Assembly: GCA_964016885.1 (NCBI GenBank)
Contig: OZ024740.1
Span: 1,116,001 to 1,180,000 of the forward strand
DNA: 64,000 nucleotides
Source: Eledone cirrhosa
Lineage: Eukaryota
Direction: 5' to 3'
The position numbers were made by a program, and so were the translations under genes. Shown here piece after piece: positions 49,978 through 63,569 of this stretch; position 1 is the first letter of the stretch, and every line of letters starts with the position of its first letter. Under the pieces are notes generated by a model, which saw only the letters and a program-made list of their open reading frames with translations, did no database searches and was not told where the DNA came from.

Positions 49978-50822
49978 AGCAAGGCAAATCGCGCATAAAA
50001 TAACAGTTATATCGACAAAATAAAACAAAAATTTCCATATTGCACTCTTGTTTGTTCTTTTATTTTATGTAAACATTTCGCTGCTCTAGCCTCTTATTTC
50101 CTATTAGATTACACTTAATTCCATTAAACATTCATTCTTAGTCTCGTGGTAAACTATTTCATCTATATTTATATCGCTGTTACAGCCTTTTATTTCTACA
50201 TCTTTCACCTATAGCCACAGTTACGCCGGTAGTATAAGTAGCTTTATAACAAGAAACGATGATATAACTCCACAAAATATGTTCTTGAGCAAGACACTTC
50301 ACTTCATATTGCTCCAGAACACCTAGTTACACATAGACAGATACATACATACACATATATATGTACACAGATAGAAATAAGAGGTAGATGTAAAGAGAGG
50401 GAGATAGAGTAAAAGATGTAAAGAGAGTGGGAGAAGGACGAGTTAGATAGTGTAAAAGATTTAAAGAGAGGGTGAGAGTGTGACACACATTTATCTGTCT
50501 ATCTCTCTCTATTTTAACACCGGTCGTTATAATTAGTTTTATAACACCGCTATATTACCGACATGAAAGAGGTAAATAATTATTTCTTAAATGTATAGAA
50601 CATGTTTCTCTTGTCTTCTTTAATGTATAGAACATGTTTCTTATTTATATTCTTAACATAGCTAGGACCTTATCTCATTTACTGGTCTCTACTTTTAGGA
50701 CTTTGCTGGTCCCATGTGCCCTCCACCAAGACACACTCGTCCCTTCTCTTAGTCCCCGTACTAATTACTACACATACGTATATATATTTATTTTAAGAAA
50801 CCTTAATGACAAATAATATAAA

Positions 50823-53062
50823 GTGTTTGTAAAGTGGGGAAGAGTAGTTTTACGGTGGGGTTGTTATATAGATATCGTTTTTGTAGTGGGGTTGTGACTG
50901 GCGTATAATAATGAGTCACGGTTGATGTATATACAAATCATATTTTGGATATAAGTGAAGTTATTTAAGAGATTTAGTTGTTTTGTATATATTCCAGTTG
51001 TTGTCTCCCTGTTTCTTCTACAAAAACTATAACGGTACGCGATGGGGCCCACCCACAGCCCCAGCGGACAGAATGGAGAAGGCATTTCCCCGGAGCACGG
51101 CAAGGGAGACGCGCTGGAAAAGCCACTCCAACTCGCGGGGCTCACACCTGCGGCTGGCCAGCTCAGCGCCTATGGTAGTGAGTAAGGAGGTAGCCCTGGG
51201 GCCGAGGACACCAGAAGTCTCCACTTCCAGGGGTACGACCGCAAACCTGTCGGAGAGCGACCGATATGTGAGGAGTTTGGCCCCCTCAGACTGACGTGCA
51301 GCAGAACCTGGGCCAGTCGCAGACTGCACCAGGTTGCGGCTGCAGACAGTGTCGGTGCAAGTGGCATCCCAGACGAGGGGTTTGCCACCGCGGAACGGGA
51401 AGATGGTCATGCCATCTGGCCTTTTGCCGTCCCCTCGAGCTGAGAAGGGAAGCCTGCAGCGTCCAAGCCATTCTTAATGACTTCGTTGGGGGCAGGATGG
51501 CGTGGATTGCGGCTGGCACTGTGGCGACAGGAAAGCGGGTGGAGGCCGAAAGAGTCCATGGTGGAACCGCAGCGACATTGGTGTGAGGCCGAGCCTCAGG
51601 GAAACGCCGATGCGCAAGCTATGGTTGTCTAGCTGCGTGCCAGTGGAGAAGGAGGACAGGGCATGGAGCCAGGCACCACTGTGGGGTTTGGAGGCCGCAC
51701 GAAAACAAACAAGCCGGTGCTGGTCGAGCTGGCGCGTGAGCCTGTCTGAGGCCAGGCTGCACTGGATGGCATCCCAAGTGTGTTGGGGGGACTTGACGTC
51801 AACAGGGGGAGAAGGAGGAGGGACGTCTACTGGGCTAAGTCCCAGCCGGTCCCACATCTTACAGGCGGCCACGCGTTCTCTGAACACAGAGGGTTCTGTT
51901 GTGTTTTGAAGAACCCTGCTGACGAGGACGTGGCACGAGGTTACCAACGAAAGATACGCCGGCAAAGCTATTTAGATCGGCGACTGGAGGCAAAGGCCGC
52001 CATACCTGACAGGTAAAGTTGCATATCTCATCGGCTGCTGCTCGGATACAAGTATCGAGCTCAGCGAGGAGAGATGTCTGGGTGTAGCACAGAGTGTATA
52101 GAGGAGCTTCGGCATGGCGTAGCAGTTCCTCAGCAGAAAGAGAACTGGGTGGCCATCAATCAAGCCCAGTCGGCTCGTGAGAGTCTGGAGCTTTTGAAGC
52201 CTGGACCTGATGGTGGAGCGGATGGCCGGCGGGTGGATCGGTGAGGGCATCCTCTTTGGGGGTCGCCTGAACCTGGCGGAGAATGGACCGCACGTACAAG
52301 ACGGAGACTGCAAAGCTTGCAGCATCGAGGCTGACATTCACCACCTCCGACTTGGCTGAGTTGACCTGGAGGTCGATTCCCGCCAGGGCAGGAACCACCG
52401 ATTGAAGGTCATGGCAGACCGTCTATACGGGCCCACCCAAAGTAGCATCATCCAGATACCAAATGTTGAGAGGGGCCATTATACTCCGGGCGATGTGGTC
52501 AATACCAAGGGTGAACAGGAGGGGTCCCAAAGGGTTGCTCTGTTGGATCCCAGTAGCCGAGGGTATGACCGTATCAGCAGCAAGGCGCATGCTCGGGGCT
52601 CCATATGACAAGTAGGCAGAGGGGGCTCGGCTGAGGCAGGCCTCGAGCAGATGATCCCAGCGTAAAGAGTTGAAGGCATTCCTCATGTCAAACTTGACAA
52701 TGAGGTGGCTGGAGTCCCTGGATGCCGGTTCCGAGTGTTACGGACTTGCAGATCACCTTGGCAGCCAGCCTCCGGAAGACATTGCCCACAGCAATAGGGC
52801 GTATGCCACCCTCTTTCTTCCTGAGAGCGGTGAGGCTGGCCGAAAAAAAGAGGCCTCGAGCATAAGAGTCCAGGGCGCCATGGATGAGCCTATTGGTGAG
52901 CGCCACAATTGCACTCAGAAGGCGGCGCCCGGCCTCAGCGGAGAGGGGAGATATCAACTCCTTGAGGAGGCCTGGTCAGAGACCATCAACATCTCCGCAG
53001 CTGCTAGCTGGGAAGGACCTGATGGCGGACATGATGTCTGCATCAGAAGCCGCAAGGAGCAA
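50823..53062 (-). mobile_element. 5'-truncated, frameshifted CRE-like non-LTR retrotransposon (RT + restriction-like endonuclease)
   Basis: GGIRPIAVGNVFRRL, GIQQSNPLGPLLF, YLDD, PVRYGGL, LVWDATCTDT, VETSG, QRVSLAVLRGNA. Confidence 0.88.
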
Positions 53063-53509
53063 GTGTGGATTACAATACAAAACCTCTGAGAATGATTTCT
53101 AAGATATTTCACCATAATTAATTTTCATCAATATATATTAATATTATTATTGTTTATTAGGTCAGGTGGATTGGCCAGAACAATTCTACTCTTCTTTTTT
53201 AGATGTCACGATTTTTCATGGCATTCCTGAGATCATTAATCTCCAGCTGGAGATCCAGAGACATCTGATGTATGTAGGTGAACCTCAGTCATCCCACTTG
53301 GGTCTTACTATGTTTAGGTATCCACCACAGGAGCCAGCTCATCAGGTCATCCCACCCTCAGCAGCAATGTCCAGCATCTATTGACTTCCGCTCCCTAGTT
53401 ATTGTGGTAATCTTCGATATCTGGGAATATATTTCTTCTGCTTAAGGGAGTAATAAATATATAGTTTTAAAAAAAACATATATATACACACACATATATA
53501 TATGTTGAC

Positions 53510-53662
53510 ATTTATAAGAGTTCTCTATCAAAAGCCTTCTCTATGTCCAAAGCTAAGTATAGTGGCTTATTTTTCTCTAAGAACCTCTCTTGTAGTTGTC
53601 TCACTAAGAAGAGGGCATCTGTTGTACTTTTCAGAGGCACAAAACCAAACTGCATCTCATAC
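53510..53662 (-). mobile_element. RTE RT fragment (paralogue 61690-61830)
   Basis: Reverse complement encodes an STTDALF..LQE..PLYLA..EKAFD-like stretch. Confidence 0.7.
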
Positions 53663-53689
53663 GCATACATACATATACATACATACATA

Positions 53690-54032
53690 CATCATCATCA
53701 TCATTTCGTTTTAAGTCCGCTTTTTCCCTGCTTGCAAGGGTGGGACGGGAACTGATTCTGGCTTGATTTCTACAGCTGGATGCCCTTCCTAACACCAACC
53801 TCATTTACAGTGAGTGCTGGGTGCTTTTTTGCCGTGGCACCTCCACGACCACTTTGCAGTGGAATGATATGGACTCCAGTCCCTATCATCTCATTTCTAC
53901 ATCTGAGTAAACTGGAGCAATGTGAAATAAAGTGTCTTGCTCAAGGAAACAACACATCACCCGGTCTGAGAATTGAACTCACAACCTTTCGATTGCCAAG
54001 CCAATGCTCTAACCACTAAGCCATGTGCCTCC
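53690..54032 (-). mobile_element. Full tRNA-derived CORE-type SINE with RTE-derived tail
   Basis: ggaggcacatggcttagtggttagagc A box, gagttcaattc B box, ccttgagcaagacactt CORE-like domain, tail shared with the LINE at 48890-48925. Confidence 0.85.
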
Positions 54033-54606
54033 ATATACATATACATACACATACATATACATATACATATATATATATACACATACATACATACATACAC
54101 ATACATACATACACATATACATACATATATATACATACATACACATTCATATATATATACATAATATACATATACATACATACACATACATAAGCATATA
54201 CACATAAGTATATATACATATACACACGTATATATACATATACACACGTATATATACATATACACACGTATATATACATATACATACATATATACACATA
54301 TACACACGTATATATACATATACATACATATATACATATACATACATATACACACATACATACATATATACATACATACACACATACATACATATATACA
54401 TATACACATATATACACATACACACACATACACACACATACATACACATACATATATATATATATACATACACACATATATACATACACACACATATACA
54501 TATACACATATATACACATACATACACATACATATACATATATACATATACACTCATATATACATATACATACATACACACATACATACATACATATATA
54601 TATATA

Positions 54607-56660
54607 CATAAAGACAAATGCACCTCATGTACGAGAATGCAAGGGCTCCTCCTCTGTTTCGGCCGCGGATGGCTAACATAAACCCTCCCCCACGGCTCCC
54701 ACCCTCCAAACGCAATCCAAAACTTCAGAGTTGGTACCATGAATGTAGGCACCTTAAAGGGTGGCTCTAACGAGGTTGTAGAAATGCTTGAATGTAAGGA
54801 GGTCGATGTTTGTTGTATTCAAGAGACCAGGTGGAGGGGTGGGTCTGCTAGATTCATCGTGGGTAAAGAACGATGCTATAAGCTTTTCTGGGTGGGAAAT
54901 GACAATGGGCTGGGTGGAGTAGGAATCATGGTAGCAGATAAGATAATAGACGTAAATAGAGTGAACGACAGAATAATTAAAATAAGACTTGTCCTCAATA
55001 GAACTACGGTGACAGTAATATCTGCGTACGCACCCCAACCCGGACTGCCCGGCACTATAAAAGACAGATTCTATGGGACACTGATGCTCACTACCTCCCA
55101 AATAACCGACAGTGACTATATAATTATTGCTGGCGACCTAAATGGTCACGTTGGACAACATTGTGACGGCTATGACGGAATCCATGGAGGCTATGGGTTT
55201 GGTACTAGAAATGAGGAAGGCTCCAGAATCCTGGAATTCTGTGACGCAAATAACCTAGCTATCTGTAACACTAACTTCAAAAAACGAGACAATCACTTGA
55301 TCACCTATAGATCGGGGGAACACACAAGCCAGGTAGATTATATCCTTACCAGGAGACGTGACAGAGTGTCTGTTGTAAACACTAAATCCTTCCCCCATGA
55401 AGAATGCACGTCTCAACATAGACTCATAATTAGCGACCTCATAGTAAGGACGAGACGTATTCGACAACAGAAGAGGACTATCCTCAGGAGAAAAATATGG
55501 AAATTAAAGGACCCCACAGCCAGTCATAAATTTAAAAGCATATTACTTGATGCTTTTGATAGTAAGGAAGAGCAATTAGAGTCGTACAATATAGAGGAAC
55601 AGTGTGAATTCCTGAAAGCTAACCTGCTGAAGGCGACAGGTGAAACCTGTGGCTGGAGCAGGCCTGTAGGCAGGAGGAGAGTAACTTGGTGGTGGAACAG
55701 TAAGGTGGAGAGGTCAATCAAGGCCAAAAAGCAGGCTTGGAAAGCATGGCGGGATGGGGGAAGTAGAGAAGACTATCAAGTGGCCAGTAGAGAAGCTAGG
55801 AGACAAGTGTACTTCGCAAGAAGGGAAGCAGAGGAAAGAAAGTTCAAGCATGTTCTACAACGCGAGGACCAAAAACGTGAGGTGTTCAGGATTGCTAGGC
55901 AATGTGTCAAGGAAAACAGTGATATTGTCGGGGAGAAGTGTGTCCTAAATGATGATGGTGTACTTGATATCACTGGCGCTGATAAGAATGTAGCTTGGAA
56001 GTGTCACTACGAAAGGCTACTAAATGAGGAGAATAATTGGGAGAAAGACAGTCTCCCCCACATCGACCTAATAGAGGGACCAGCAGTGCAAGTCGAAGGT
56101 AGTATAATAAGTAAGGCGATCAAAGACATGAAGATGGGCAAGGCGGCCGGGCCTTCGGTAATAGTTGCCAAAATGCTGAAAGCATCTGGAACGGTGGGGC
56201 ACACTATGGTCACCCGGATAGTAAACCAAGTCATACAGAATGGGGTGGTTCCGGAGGACTGGTGCAGCAGCAGCATCCTTAACTTCTACAAGGGTAAAGG
56301 TGATTCCCTAGATAGGGGAAACTATAGAGGCATTAAATTAATTGACCAGGTCATGAAGGTCACAGAAAAAGTAATAGCGCAACTAATCAGAGAGCGAATT
56401 GATCTAGACGAAATGCAGTTCAGGTTTGTGTCAGGTAAAAGTACAACAGACGCTCTTTTCATTGTACGACAACTACAGGAGAAGTACCTAGCTAAAAGTA
56501 AACCCCTATACTTAGCTTTTGTTGACTTGGAGAAAGCCTTTGACAGAGTACCCCGCTCGATTATCTGGTGGGCCCTTAGAAAACTAGGTGTTGATGAATG
56601 GCTTGTGAGAGCTGTACAAGCCATGTATAAAGAAACAGTCAGCAAGGTTAGAATTAAGTG
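54607..56660 (+). mobile_element. RTE-clade LINE, 5' portion (AP endonuclease + N-terminal half of RT; ORF 54739-56664), 3'-truncated
   Basis: NVGTL, IQETRW, ISAYAPQ, GDLNGHVG, NTNF, QVDYIL, SQHRL, AFVDLEKAFDRV. Confidence 0.92.
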
Positions 56661-57600
56661 GTAACACTGTCCCTGAATTTTATAAGTTGTACAGAATCTA
56701 AAGTCAGTCACATTCCTGTCAACCTCAAAAGATGTCATTTAAAAGGCAGAATTATATTTTATGATGTATTTATTGAAGTGTCGTGCTTCTGGTGTATGCT
56801 GAAGGAGCAGATTCTTCAGAAATTCAGGAGGTTCTTGTATTGTTTTAAGGCCCACTTTGCCTTTTGAGCAGCATAGACTTGGCGTTTCTGCTGCCCACTT
56901 CTTGGCACCACAATACTGGCAGCATTTGTTCATTTTCACAATGTTCTTTTGTGGATTACTGCTGTAGTCCTTTTGGGGGTCATCAGCAAAAGCCCCCATC
57001 AGCCAGTTTATTCTACTTGTGGCTTGTTCTCCTGCTCAGGCAGTAGAACGATGTGCTTGATTAGCATTTCGTCTGATTTGCTGCTGTTCCTTAATTTGTT
57101 GTTCTCGAGTAGCAGCAGTCCTTTGTTCCCTTTCATCCAAACTGTGTGCTCTTGCTAAAGCTGTTTGGGTTCTGTTAGCAGCTAGACGGGCATGCCGAAC
57201 TTCTTCACTTTCTTCAGATCGCTGTATTTTATTTCTCTTAGCCTCTGAAGATGACCTTCCATATAATGATCTGGAAGGTTACCGGTATGACAAAAGGCTC
57301 AATGCAAGTTTTCAAGTGTTTTACAGAGCCGAGATACAAAGTGTTAAAATGATCAAATTTTAGTTTAGAACATTTATTTGCTGACAATTGTTTCTTCCAG
57401 AGGGAAGTCTGGAATCATCGGAGCATAAGGAATGTTGAAACATTGCTTATAACTTTTATGCCTGTGATTTTTTTGCTTGTGATTTTTTTGCTTGTGCTTT
57501 TTTTGCTTGTGCTTTTTACTTATACCTATTACACTTCCAACCAATGCTGCCTGTAATTGTGTTCTTTCAAGCAGAACATCTTTTTAACTCCTGATTCTCC
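56660..57600 (-). mobile_element. Helitron 5' portion with RepHel N-terminal fragment
   Basis: CQYCGAKKWAAET..CCSKGKV..PPEFLKNLL..HF..IIKYNSAF, then MTSF..YKIQGQCYH. Confidence 0.85.
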
Positions 57601-57774
57601 ACATGATGCCTTTGACACTAATAACAATTATGTATCTTAAATGTTCTGAATGATAGGATTTTAGTAACATGTTTCTGGAAGAAACAATTGTCAGCATATA
57701 AATGTTCTAAACTAAAATTTGATCCTTTTAACACTTTGTATATATATATATGTATATAAATATGTATATATACT

Positions 57775-59225
57775 CTTTTACCTGTTCCAGCCATCCGGCT
57801 GAGGCCATGCTGGGGCACCGCCCTTGTTGCTATACATTTAATCTCCAGCCTGTATTGGTTGGCCACTGGTGCAACAGGGAGTTCATTGCTGCTGCCCTTA
57901 GGTTTCCCTCGTGCCTTGCTGTGGGCTCATCTAGGATCCTGGATAGCAAGGTGTTGAGATGTTTCTTGAAGACATCCACACCATGCAGATCTCCCAGATC
58001 CCTTGGCAGCTTGTTGAAGAGTTGAGGGTCCTTGAACCCCAGACTTTTGCAATATCTGCTCCTTATTCTAGATATGGAAGACGGGATCTTTGGTACCACA
58101 CAATGACGTCCTGTTCGGCGGTTGGTCCAGCTCCCAATGCCAAAGTTTGGTGCTAGTCCCTCCAGGATTTTCCACATGTAGATCACTGCGTATCTCTCCC
58201 GTCTTCGTTCCAAGGAGTAGAGGTTCAGTTCTGTTAGCCTCGCCCAGTAGCTTATCTCCTTCATAGTCGCAATCCTCTTGGTGTAGCTTCGCTGGATTGC
58301 CTCAAGCTCCGTGGTTAGTTTGACACTATGGGGTGACCGGTGACCACAACTGGGAGCAATAGTCCAGGCAGCTTAGGACAAATGTCCTCCATAGTGTCAA
58401 CATGGTGTCTCGGTCTCTTGTCCGGAAAGTCTTCAAGATCCAACCAGCGAGTCGTCTGCACATTGTCGCCACTTTCATGATGTGAGAGGAAAAAGATGCA
58501 TCATCGCTCATGTCTATACCCAGGTCTCATATCGATTTTTACCCAGGGATATCGGTCCCTCCTAGTCCGGTGTAACTGTGTTGTACTGTATTTGTGTTTG
58601 CAGGAATTGCGTAGCGCTTGGAATTTGCCAGCATTAAACTGCATGTTGTTGTCTTCCGCCCATTTGCATATGGCATACAGCCCTTGTTGTAAAAGGGCAG
58701 CATCAGCCGGGTTTTTGATTGCCTGTGCTACCTTAGTGTCATCAGCATAGCTAGTGAGGGATGTTGTTGTATGTACTACAGAGGGTATGTCTGAGAGAGC
58801 CACCAAAAACAGTAGTGGTCCCAGGACTGTGCCTTGGGGAACCCCACTTGTTATTGATATTTCCTTTGAGAGGGCCCCCGTTTGCTGCGACTGTCTGGCT
58901 TCTCTCCTTTAAGAAGTCGTGCAGCCACTCACCTACTTTTCTAGTTATGGTGAGTCCGTGTAGTTTGTGACATATCATTCCGTGGTCGACTTTGTCAAAG
59001 GCCTTCGCAAAGTCAAGATATATCATGTCCACATGTGAGCTATCAAGCAGTTGTTTCAGTACCCAGTCTTAATGATGTAGCAGCTGTGTAAGGCAGCTTC
59101 TTCCTGGGTGAAAGCCATGCTGTGTGTTAGTCAGGCAGTCATTTTCCTCGAGGAAAGTGATCAGTTTCTTTCTGACGATTCGCTCCATGACCTTACTGAT
59201 ATGTGACGTCAGGGAGACTGGCCTA
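57775..59225 (-). mobile_element. CR1-group LINE, 3' RT fragment, frameshifted
   Basis: YLDFAKAFDKVDH, YADDTK, FNAGKF, LDYCSQLWSP, YSLERRRERY. Confidence 0.85.
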
Positions 59226-59274
59226 TGATGTTTGGTTTCCGCTCTGCTACCTCCTATATGGATAGGGCACTTGT

Positions 59275-59565
59275 GAGTGCAAGCTCACCTTTATCATTCT
59301 GGAAACACTTCTCTCCAATGACATCACAATTCTCTCTGACACACTGCCTCGTAATCTGGAACACCTCGTTTCTGTTCCTCGTGTTGCAAAACATGCTTGA
59401 ATTTCCTATCCTCTGCCTCCCTTCTAGCTAAGTATACTTGTCGCCTAGCTTCCCTCCTGGTCTCTCTGTAATGTGCCCTGTTCTTCCATTCTTTCCATGC
59501 CTGTCTCTTAACCTTAACTGCCTCATCTACCATATTGTTCCACCACCAAGTCACTCTCCTCCTCC
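59275..59565 (-). mobile_element. RTE fragment
   Basis: TWWWNNMVDEAVK..ARRQVYLARREAEDRKFKHVL. Confidence 0.8.
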
Positions 59566-59779
59566 CTGTATATATCTTTTTATCATTATCCTTTTCTCAA
59601 ATATAGACAAATTACGACACACACACAAATATTATGCATGGATATGTTACCTGGAAGCTGGAGAGTGAGAATAATATAGATGATAAAAGTCTATCTTCAG
59701 CAACAAGTGCTATATTGTCTCCCATGTTGAAAGATTATTTTACAATATAAGAACTTGAAACTAAGACTAACTGAGTCAC

Positions 59780-60010
59780 AGAATAGATAGGGATGTACAC
59801 AAAAGACCTAGATGTGAAAAGAAGTGGAAATTGTGCAGATTGAACATTGAAGATGTGACCGATGTGAAGAAGCTGTGGAAAGATGTGGCAAAAAGAGTGA
59901 AGAATGCAATCCCTAGAAAGGTCATCCCCGAGAGTAAACATTGGGAGTTACAGCAAACGTTTTAAGACATAGAAAGAGTAGTTGTGGATTGTTCCGGTGA
60001 AAAGCAATGA
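59780..60010 (+). mobile_element. Possible decayed R4/Dong-like C-terminal fragment
   Basis: Manual translation RCEKKWKLCRLNIEDVT..VAKRVKNAIPRK resembles a CCHC-knuckle region. Confidence 0.3.
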
Positions 60011-60509
60011 ATCGGAAGCATAACAGACGACGCTCAGCAGTTGGAGTTCGCTGCCAAGCAGATACCAATATAATATTATATATTAGGGAATCAGATAGTT
60101 TGTCTTTATTTCCTGTTGTTTTATTGCAAAAGCGTATCCTTGAAAGTGAGAGACAATATAGTGTTTGTTGGTGAAGATAGTATAATTTGTTTATCTGTAT
60201 TACTCTCTATGTAGAAATAAGGAAACATTTGCACATGGTCGACCCTGACTATACGTTCATATTAGTTGTGAAGCTTTGCTTTAGAGAGATAGAAAGAAGA
60301 CGACTATATTTGTAATTCGAAGTATAATCGATGTAAGTATGATAAAAAATATTTGAAACATTGGAGATGATGTGCATCTAAATACTAAGCATATACAGAT
60401 GTACACATAAGTGAAAATGAACACAAGCACACACAAATAGATGGATAGCTGCACACACATGCATACATATCTACCTAGTTGATGTTTAAATTGCAACAAG
60501 TCTTATCTT

Positions 60510-61830
60510 CATCACTTTACGTCCGCTTTTCCTTGCTTGCAAGGGTGGGACGAACCTATTGAGCACAGTATCTCTCCACTTGTCACGGTCCTTCGTCATC
60601 TCCTCATTGAGCTTTAGAGATTTGAGGTCTGCTCACACCAGCTCCGCCCGTATTTTTCGTGGTCTTCCTCTACTGCGTTGTCCTTCTACTGGGATTTCTT
60701 GGCACTTCTTTACCTAGTAGGTGTCATCCTCCATGCGCATCACATGTCTATACCAACACAGTATTCTCTCCCACACGCTACAACTTATCCCAGTTAAACA
60801 GTTTCTCCCTGAAGTCCTCCATGCCTAGTCGTTCATTTCTCTCCAGCCATCACATATCCTCTGCAGTTGCTGCCCAAGTCTCACTACCATGCAGCATCGC
60901 GCATCTCACACAGTCATCATATAACCGTCCTTTCGTACGCAGGGAGAAATCCTTCTTTGTCAACAGAGGAAGCAGCTCCCTAAATTTCTTCCGGCCCGTC
61001 CTTATTCTAGATACTATGGTCTCGGAACACCCCCTCCCATTCTAATCAGATCACCTAGGTAGCGGAAGCTATCACCCACTTCTATAGAACCCACCTTCAT
61101 GTGGTAAATGTGTCTATCACTGCGTCTTCTACTGTCAAGTTCTGTACAACTACTGCATACGTATTTCTCCCTACTTGTTAGTTTGCCTGCTATCCCACTA
61201 CATCTCTTGTGTACCCAGGATCTGCATTGTGTACATTTTATAGAATTTATCCCAACTCCTTTTCTACATATTGAACATGACCATTTCCCTGATGGAATCA
61301 GAGTTTTGTCCTCTTCTCTACTTATCAACACTTTTGTCTTAGCTAGGTTTACTCTCAGTCCTCTTGATTCCAACTGCTTTTTCCATAGACATAATTTCTT
61401 CTCTAGTTCCTCTACTGAATCTGCTATAAGAGCCAGATCGTCAGCATAGAGAAGTTCCCATGGGCAGCCAGTCTTAAACTCGTGTTATGGCTTGGAGAAT
61501 TATAATGAACCAGAGCGGGCTGAGGACAGAGCCCTGATGCACTTCTACTTGTATCTGGAATTCCTCATTAAACTCCATTACTTCTCTCACTTTACTGACA
61601 GAACCTCTGTACTTAGCTTGCACTGTCCTCACAAGCCATTCCTCTACACCTATTTTCCTTAGAGACCACCAGATGACAGATCGTGGTACACTATCAAAGA
61701 CCTCCTTTAAGTCATCAAAAGCTAAGTATAGTGGCTTATTCTTCTCTAAGAACCTCTCGTAGTTGTATCACTAAGAAGAGGGCATATGTTGTACTTTTCA
61801 GAGGCATAAAACCAAACTACATCTCATACA
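60510..61830 (-). mobile_element. RTE LINE 3' fragment
   Basis: GLRVNLAKTKVL, CSICRKGVG..WVHKRCSG, FRYLGD; 3' tail at ~60510. Confidence 0.88.
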
Positions 61831-61869
61831 CATACATACATATACATACATACATATACACATACATAC

Positions 61870-62223
61870 ATCATCATCATCATCATCATCATCATTTCGT
61901 TTTAAGTCCACTTTTTCCCTGCTTGCAAGGGTGGAACGGGAACTGATTCTGGCTTGATTTCTACAGCTGGATGCCCTTCCTAACACCAACCTCATTTACA
62001 GTGAGAGCTGGGTACTTTTTTGCCGTGGCACCTCCACGACCACTTTGCAGTGGAATAATATGGACCCCAGTCCCTATCATCTCATTTCTACAGCTGAGTA
62101 AACTGGAGCAATGTGAAATAAAGTGTCTTGCTCAAGGAAACAACACATCACCCAGTCTGAGAATTGAACTCACAACCTTTCGATTGCCAGGCCAATGTTC
62201 TAACCACTAAGCCATGTGCCTCC
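61870..62223 (-). mobile_element. CORE-type SINE with RTE tail
   Basis: Near-identical to 53690-54032. Confidence 0.85.
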
Positions 62224-62644
62224 ATATACATATACATACACATACATATACATACACATATATAAATACATACATATATATATACATATACATACATACA
62301 CATATACATACATATATATATACATATACATACATACACACACATATATACACAGACATACATATATACATATACATACATACACACATATACATACATA
62401 TATACATATACACACATACACACACATACATATACATACATATACACATACATAATTATACACATACATATATATATATATACATACACACACATATATA
62501 TACATACACACACATATGCATACATACATATACACTTACATACACATACATATACATACATACACAGATATACACTCATATTTACATATATATACATACA
62601 TATACATACATACACACACATACATACATATATATATATACATA

Positions 62645-63191
62645 CATAAAGACAAATCCACCTCATGGACGAAAATGCAAGGGCTCCTCTTTGTTTCGGC
62701 CGCGGATGGCTAACATAACCCCATCCCCGCTCCCCACCGCTCGCACCCTCCAAACGCAATCCAAAACTTCAGAGTTGGTACCATGAATGTAGGCACCTTA
62801 AAGGGTGGCTTTAACAAGGTTGTAGAAATGCTTGAACGTAAGGAGGTCGATGTTTGTTGTATTCAAGAGACCAGGTGGAGGGGTGGGTCTGCTAGATTCA
62901 TCGTGGGTAAAGAACGATGCTATAAGCTTTTCTGGGTGGGAAATGACAATGGACTGGGTATACACATACCACCCCACCACCCCACCGCAAAGTGGTCGTG
63001 GAGGCGCCACGGCAAAAAAGCACCCAGCCCACACTGTAAAGCTGACGTGGAGGTGCCACGGAAAAGAAAAGCACCCAGCACTCACTGCAAACTGGGTTGG
63101 CGTCAGGAAGGGCACCCAGCTGCAGAAACCAATCCAGAATCAGCTCCCATCCCACCCTTGCAAGCATAGAAAAGCGGACGTATGATGAAGT

Positions 63192-63195
<4 letters not shown>
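62645..63195 (+). mobile_element. RTE 5' stub fused to a SINE/RTE tail (paralogue of 45677-46222)
   Basis: Same chimeric junction gacaatgg.ctgggt|atacacataccacc. Confidence 0.85.
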
Positions 63196-63232
<37 letters not shown>

Positions 63233-63382
63233 TATATATATACACATACATATGTACACATATACACATACATATATGTACATATATATACATATATGTA
63301 CATATATGTATATATATATATATGTACATATATATATGTACATAAATATACATATATATATGTACATATATATACATATATA

Positions 63383-63496
63383 TAACCATCTTTTGTTCTT
63401 ATATATTATGTATACTCCAGTCCTACAAACTGTAGAGTGCTTCTTATCCGATATCTGCATTGCTTTATTGTACTACAATAAAACTCACCTCCTACA
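63383..63496 (+). mobile_element. 3' tip of Penelope element 1 family (downstream of the hammerhead)
   Basis: Matches 26734-26845. Confidence 0.8.
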
Positions 63497-63569
63497 TTAT
63501 ATATACACATATATATATACACACATATATATCAGTGTACATATATATATCAGTGTATATATATATATA

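Noticed and set aside
53955-54032. tRNA genes (also 62146-62223, 49893-49977)
   Set aside because: A/B boxes are present but there is no acceptor stem; the first two run straight into SINE bodies.
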